Below, piece after piece: positions 24,877 through 27,241 of a stretch of DNA of 27,241 nt. The DNA comes from an uncultured Candidatus Saccharibacteria bacterium. Its GTDB lineage: Bacteria; Patescibacteriota; Doudnabacteria; UBA920. The stretch is taken from NCBI GenBank assembly GCA_964522815.1, contig CAZFXC010000003.1:2261-29501 (forward strand). Direction: 5' to 3'. The translations under genes and the position numbers were made by a program. The notes under the pieces were generated by a model. It did not search any database, had not been told where the DNA came from, and saw only the letters and a program-made list of their open reading frames with translations. The first letter of the stretch is position 1, and the number at the start of each line of letters is the position of its first letter.

Positions 24877-25349
24877 TGCTAAAATTTACTTTACACGAAG
24901 GAGAAAATTTATTGAAAGTTTTTAGACAAGCTAATGCGGTTTTAATTTTACCCACTTTTTCTGCTCTACTTTTAATTTTTTTGCCCTGGCAATTTTTAAT
25001 CAAATATGAGCTAAACCATAAATTTTTGGATTTATTAATAATTTGGACAAGTTTAGTTTTGCTTTGGTTGTTAAACAAATATCTTTTGTGGTTAATAAAT
25101 ATTTACATCATCACCAATAAACGCTTAATTGTTTTAAACTATAAAACTTTACTGCATAAAGTTGTTCTCGAAACGCCAATTAGTCGGATTCATAATATTA
25201 GTTCGGAAACTAAAGGATTGCTGAGGTCAATATTAAAAATCGGCAGTGTAGTGGTTCAAATTGCTTCTTTAAGCCAACCATTAATTCTTCATAACCTCAA
25301 ACAACCGGAAAAATTTAAAGATTTTCTATGGCAGTCTCATGGGGAGTAA
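24876..25349 (+). CDS. Bacterial PH-domain-containing membrane protein (2 TM + bPH)
   Basis: Two TM segments, then YIITNKRLI, ETPISRIHNIS, GLLRSILKIGSVVVQIAS and LHNLKQPE, a bPH_2-like pattern. Confidence 0.8.
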   Translation: MLKFTLHEGENLLKVFRQANAVLILPTFSALLLIFLPWQFLIKYELNHKFLDLLIIWTSLVLLWLLNKYLLWLINIYIITNKRLIVLNYKTLLHKVVLETPISRIHNISSETKGLLRSILKIGSVVVQIASLSQPLILHNLKQPEKFKDFLWQSHGE

Positions 25350-25352
25350 TTT

Positions 25353-25724
25353 ATGCAAAAAATTTCTTGGTATTCAAGATCCACAATTTTTTTATTAGGA
25401 CTTTTGGCTCTTTTTTTAGGTTATCAAAAATTAGTTCAGTACCGATTACAAAAATCAGTGGAAAAAGAAAAATTACTTTTACAAAAGCAAATTTCCGATT
25501 TAGAAAAGACCAATACTGACTTAGAACAAACTCTTAATTTTTTAAACTCCGATTCATATAAAGAGATAGTTGCCAGACAACAATTAAATATGCAGAAAGC
25601 CGGCGAACAAACTTACAATTTTTCCCAGGTCGACGAAACAGTAATTAACCCAGAATCTCAAACAAAATCCGGTCAATCCAATTTTAAAAAATGGTTAAGT
25701 TATTTTTTGAATAATTCAAAATAA
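25353..25724 (+). CDS. ftsB: Septum formation initiator FtsB/DivIC family protein
   Basis: Short N-terminus, one TM, coiled coil (LQKQISDLEKTNTDLEQTLNFL), then SDSYKEIVARQQLNMQKAGE, the DivIC signature. Confidence 0.85.
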   Translation: MQKISWYSRSTIFLLGLLALFLGYQKLVQYRLQKSVEKEKLLLQKQISDLEKTNTDLEQTLNFLNSDSYKEIVARQQLNMQKAGEQTYNFSQVDETVINPESQTKSGQSNFKKWLSYFLNNSK

Positions 25725-25728
25725 TACT

Positions 25729-26532
25729 ATGACAATAAAACTTGCAAAATTTTTCAAGACAGTTAGTTTTTTTATCGCTGTCGTAATTTTATTAATCTTA
25801 TTTACTTTGTTTGGACTAACGAGTAGTGAAAAATTTAGAAACTTTTCTTTAAGAAATTTTCCAATTCCAATTGCATTAGTCAATAATCAGCCAATTTACA
25901 GCTCCGAACTATTTAGCAGATTATCCCTTCTTCCGAGCAAAAGCCAAACCCCGGATATCAAAAACCAAGTATTGAAACAGTTAATTTTTGAAGCCAAGCA
26001 AACTATTGTTTTGAAAAATTATAAAGCTAAATTGGGTAATTATAATGACTTTTTAGACAATTCAACCGCATCCGAAATAGGTATTATAAAATCGGCGAGT
26101 CTGGCTAAAGCCAAAGCAGATACGTATAAATTTTGGTTTAATTCCCAAGAACATTTAAATTCAAATGCCTATAATCAAGCCAAACAGATCTTATTGGATT
26201 TTAAAAACCAAGGGGACTTTAACACTTTAGTTAAACAATATAGTCAGGACAATTCTTCCAAAGAAATATATGGGGATTTAGGTTATCTCCAAATTAAAGA
26301 TTTGTTATTTGAACTACAAAATCCTCTATCCAATGCGGAAATTAATCAAGTTTTAATACTACCTAGCCGAAAAGGCATTCATGTTTTTAATATCCAAAAT
26401 AAGAAAATTTCTGAAAAAGGAGAAAATATGTTATACTTAAAACAAATTTTTATCCAGCCAAATAACTACTCTGATTGGATAAATCAACAATCAAAAACTA
26501 TTAAAACAATTTATTTTTTCAACAGTCTATGA
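25729..26532 (+). CDS. Membrane-anchored parvulin-type peptidyl-prolyl isomerase / PrsA-SurA-like foldase
   Basis: N-terminal TM, IALVNNQPI (SurA-N-like), GDFNTLVKQYSQD..SK..GDLGYL and KGIHVF parvulin motifs. Confidence 0.82.
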   Translation: MTIKLAKFFKTVSFFIAVVILLILFTLFGLTSSEKFRNFSLRNFPIPIALVNNQPIYSSELFSRLSLLPSKSQTPDIKNQVLKQLIFEAKQTIVLKNYKAKLGNYNDFLDNSTASEIGIIKSASLAKAKADTYKFWFNSQEHLNSNAYNQAKQILLDFKNQGDFNTLVKQYSQDNSSKEIYGDLGYLQIKDLLFELQNPLSNAEINQVLILPSRKGIHVFNIQNKKISEKGENMLYLKQIFIQPNNYSDWINQQSKTIKTIYFFNSL

Positions 26533-27241
26533 ATAACGAAGTCGTAAAATATATAAGCGATGCCATTAATGTTAATTTGGGTGAATTAGAAATCAAACGA
26601 AATTTACTCGAAGCCGGTTGGGATCCCAATATTGTTGAAGACTCATTTGCACATTTTAGAGCCAGTCAACACAAACCAACATTAAATAAAGACGAAGATG
26701 TGCAAATTAAACAGAAGACGACACCTACTGAAACTTCAGTAAGTATAGTAAGTAAAACCAATGTACCAACCACTGCTTTAAAAGAATTAAACACAGCTAC
26801 CGGTATTCCTTGGTATAAAAAAATAATCCTTTTACCAATAATCCTCTTAATTTTAGCTGGCGGATTTTTTGCTTTTTATACTTTTATATACGCAAGTCCA
26901 AATAAAGTTTGGCAAAAATTTACCAATCAAGTAATTCCTAAAACCCTAACTAGCAAAATTCAATTTTCTTACACAGACAATAAAACCCCAGTGGGCGAAA
27001 CTGAAACCAATATACCCGTAAAAAATTTGGTGTTTGGGATTGAAGGTAATCTCTACGCCAATACGGAAAACTCACAAGCACCCCAAAGTAGCTCCGATAT
27101 TAAGTATACTTTTACCTCCGGCAATACCAATTTCACCACAAGTTTGTCTTATAAATTAATTAATAAGAAATTTTATTTAAATGTAGGTGAAAATCCATAC
27201 TTAGATGCGATTCTATCTGAAATTAGTAAAGACAAAAAAAT
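26529..27241 (+). CDS. Hypothetical single-pass membrane protein, 3' truncated by the window end
   Basis: ATGA overlap with the previous stop; frame open to the window end. Translation: MNNEVVKYISDAINVNLGELEIKRNLLEAGWDPNIVEDSF..., a Thr/Pro-rich linker, TM IILLPIILLILAGGFFAFYTFI, then a beta-rich extracellular region. Confidence 0.8.
   Translation, partial: MNNEVVKYISDAINVNLGELEIKRNLLEAGWDPNIVEDSFAHFRASQHKPTLNKDEDVQIKQKTTPTETSVSIVSKTNVPTTALKELNTATGIPWYKKIILLPIILLILAGGFFAFYTFIYASPNKVWQKFTNQVIPKTLTSKIQFSYTDNKTPVGETETNIPVKNLVFGIEGNLYANTENSQAPQSSSDIKYTFTSGNTNFTTSLSYKLINKKFYLNVGENPYLDAILSEISKDKK

Noticed and set aside
15615-25519. Remaining short minus-strand or alternative-frame ORFs opposite the cell-wall cluster, lepA and the PH gene
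   Set aside because: All are nested against well-supported genes and lack recognisable motifs.
1-27241. tRNA, rRNA, CRISPR array, riboswitch, or alternative genetic code (UGA read-through)
   Set aside because: Intergenic gaps are at most about 130 nt with no cloverleaf or repeat-spacer pattern. TGA terminates genes at ATGA overlaps (16930-16932, 26530-26532), consistent with code 11.

Overview
AT-rich, densely packed bacterial chromosomal window (genetic code 11, since TGA is used as a stop; almost no Shine-Dalgarno motifs). Gene content and protein styles point to Patescibacteria/CPR, possibly Doudnabacteria or Parcubacteria-like (inference). Order on the + strand: 3' end of secA; two small orphan ORFs; an overlapping CYTH - Nudix - HAM1/ITPase - M1 aminopeptidase (pepN) block; secD-secF; a promoter-to-terminator bounded unit of a sigma70-region-4/winged-HTH protein, a single-pass membrane protein and a VirD4/TrwB-like ATPase; trxA (the only real - strand gene); then a rearranged cell-wall/division cluster (S11 DD-carboxypeptidase, mraY, D-aminoacylase-like amidohydrolase, murD, ftsW, DUF4012-like protein, murJ) running into lepA, an unannotated 33-aa membrane microprotein, a PH-domain membrane protein, FtsB/DivIC, a parvulin-type foldase and a truncated membrane protein. 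No rRNA, tRNA, CRISPR array or mobile element was seen. Leading candidates for undescribed biology: (i) a divergent D-aminoacylase translationally coupled between mraY and murD, (ii) a triad of non-canonical nucleotide (pyro)phosphatases including a Nudix enzyme with a SEC-C zinc motif, (iii) the sigma4-HTH / membrane protein / coupling-ATPase unit, (iv) DUF4012 coupled between ftsW and murJ. All family assignments come from motif recognition by eye; no searches were run.
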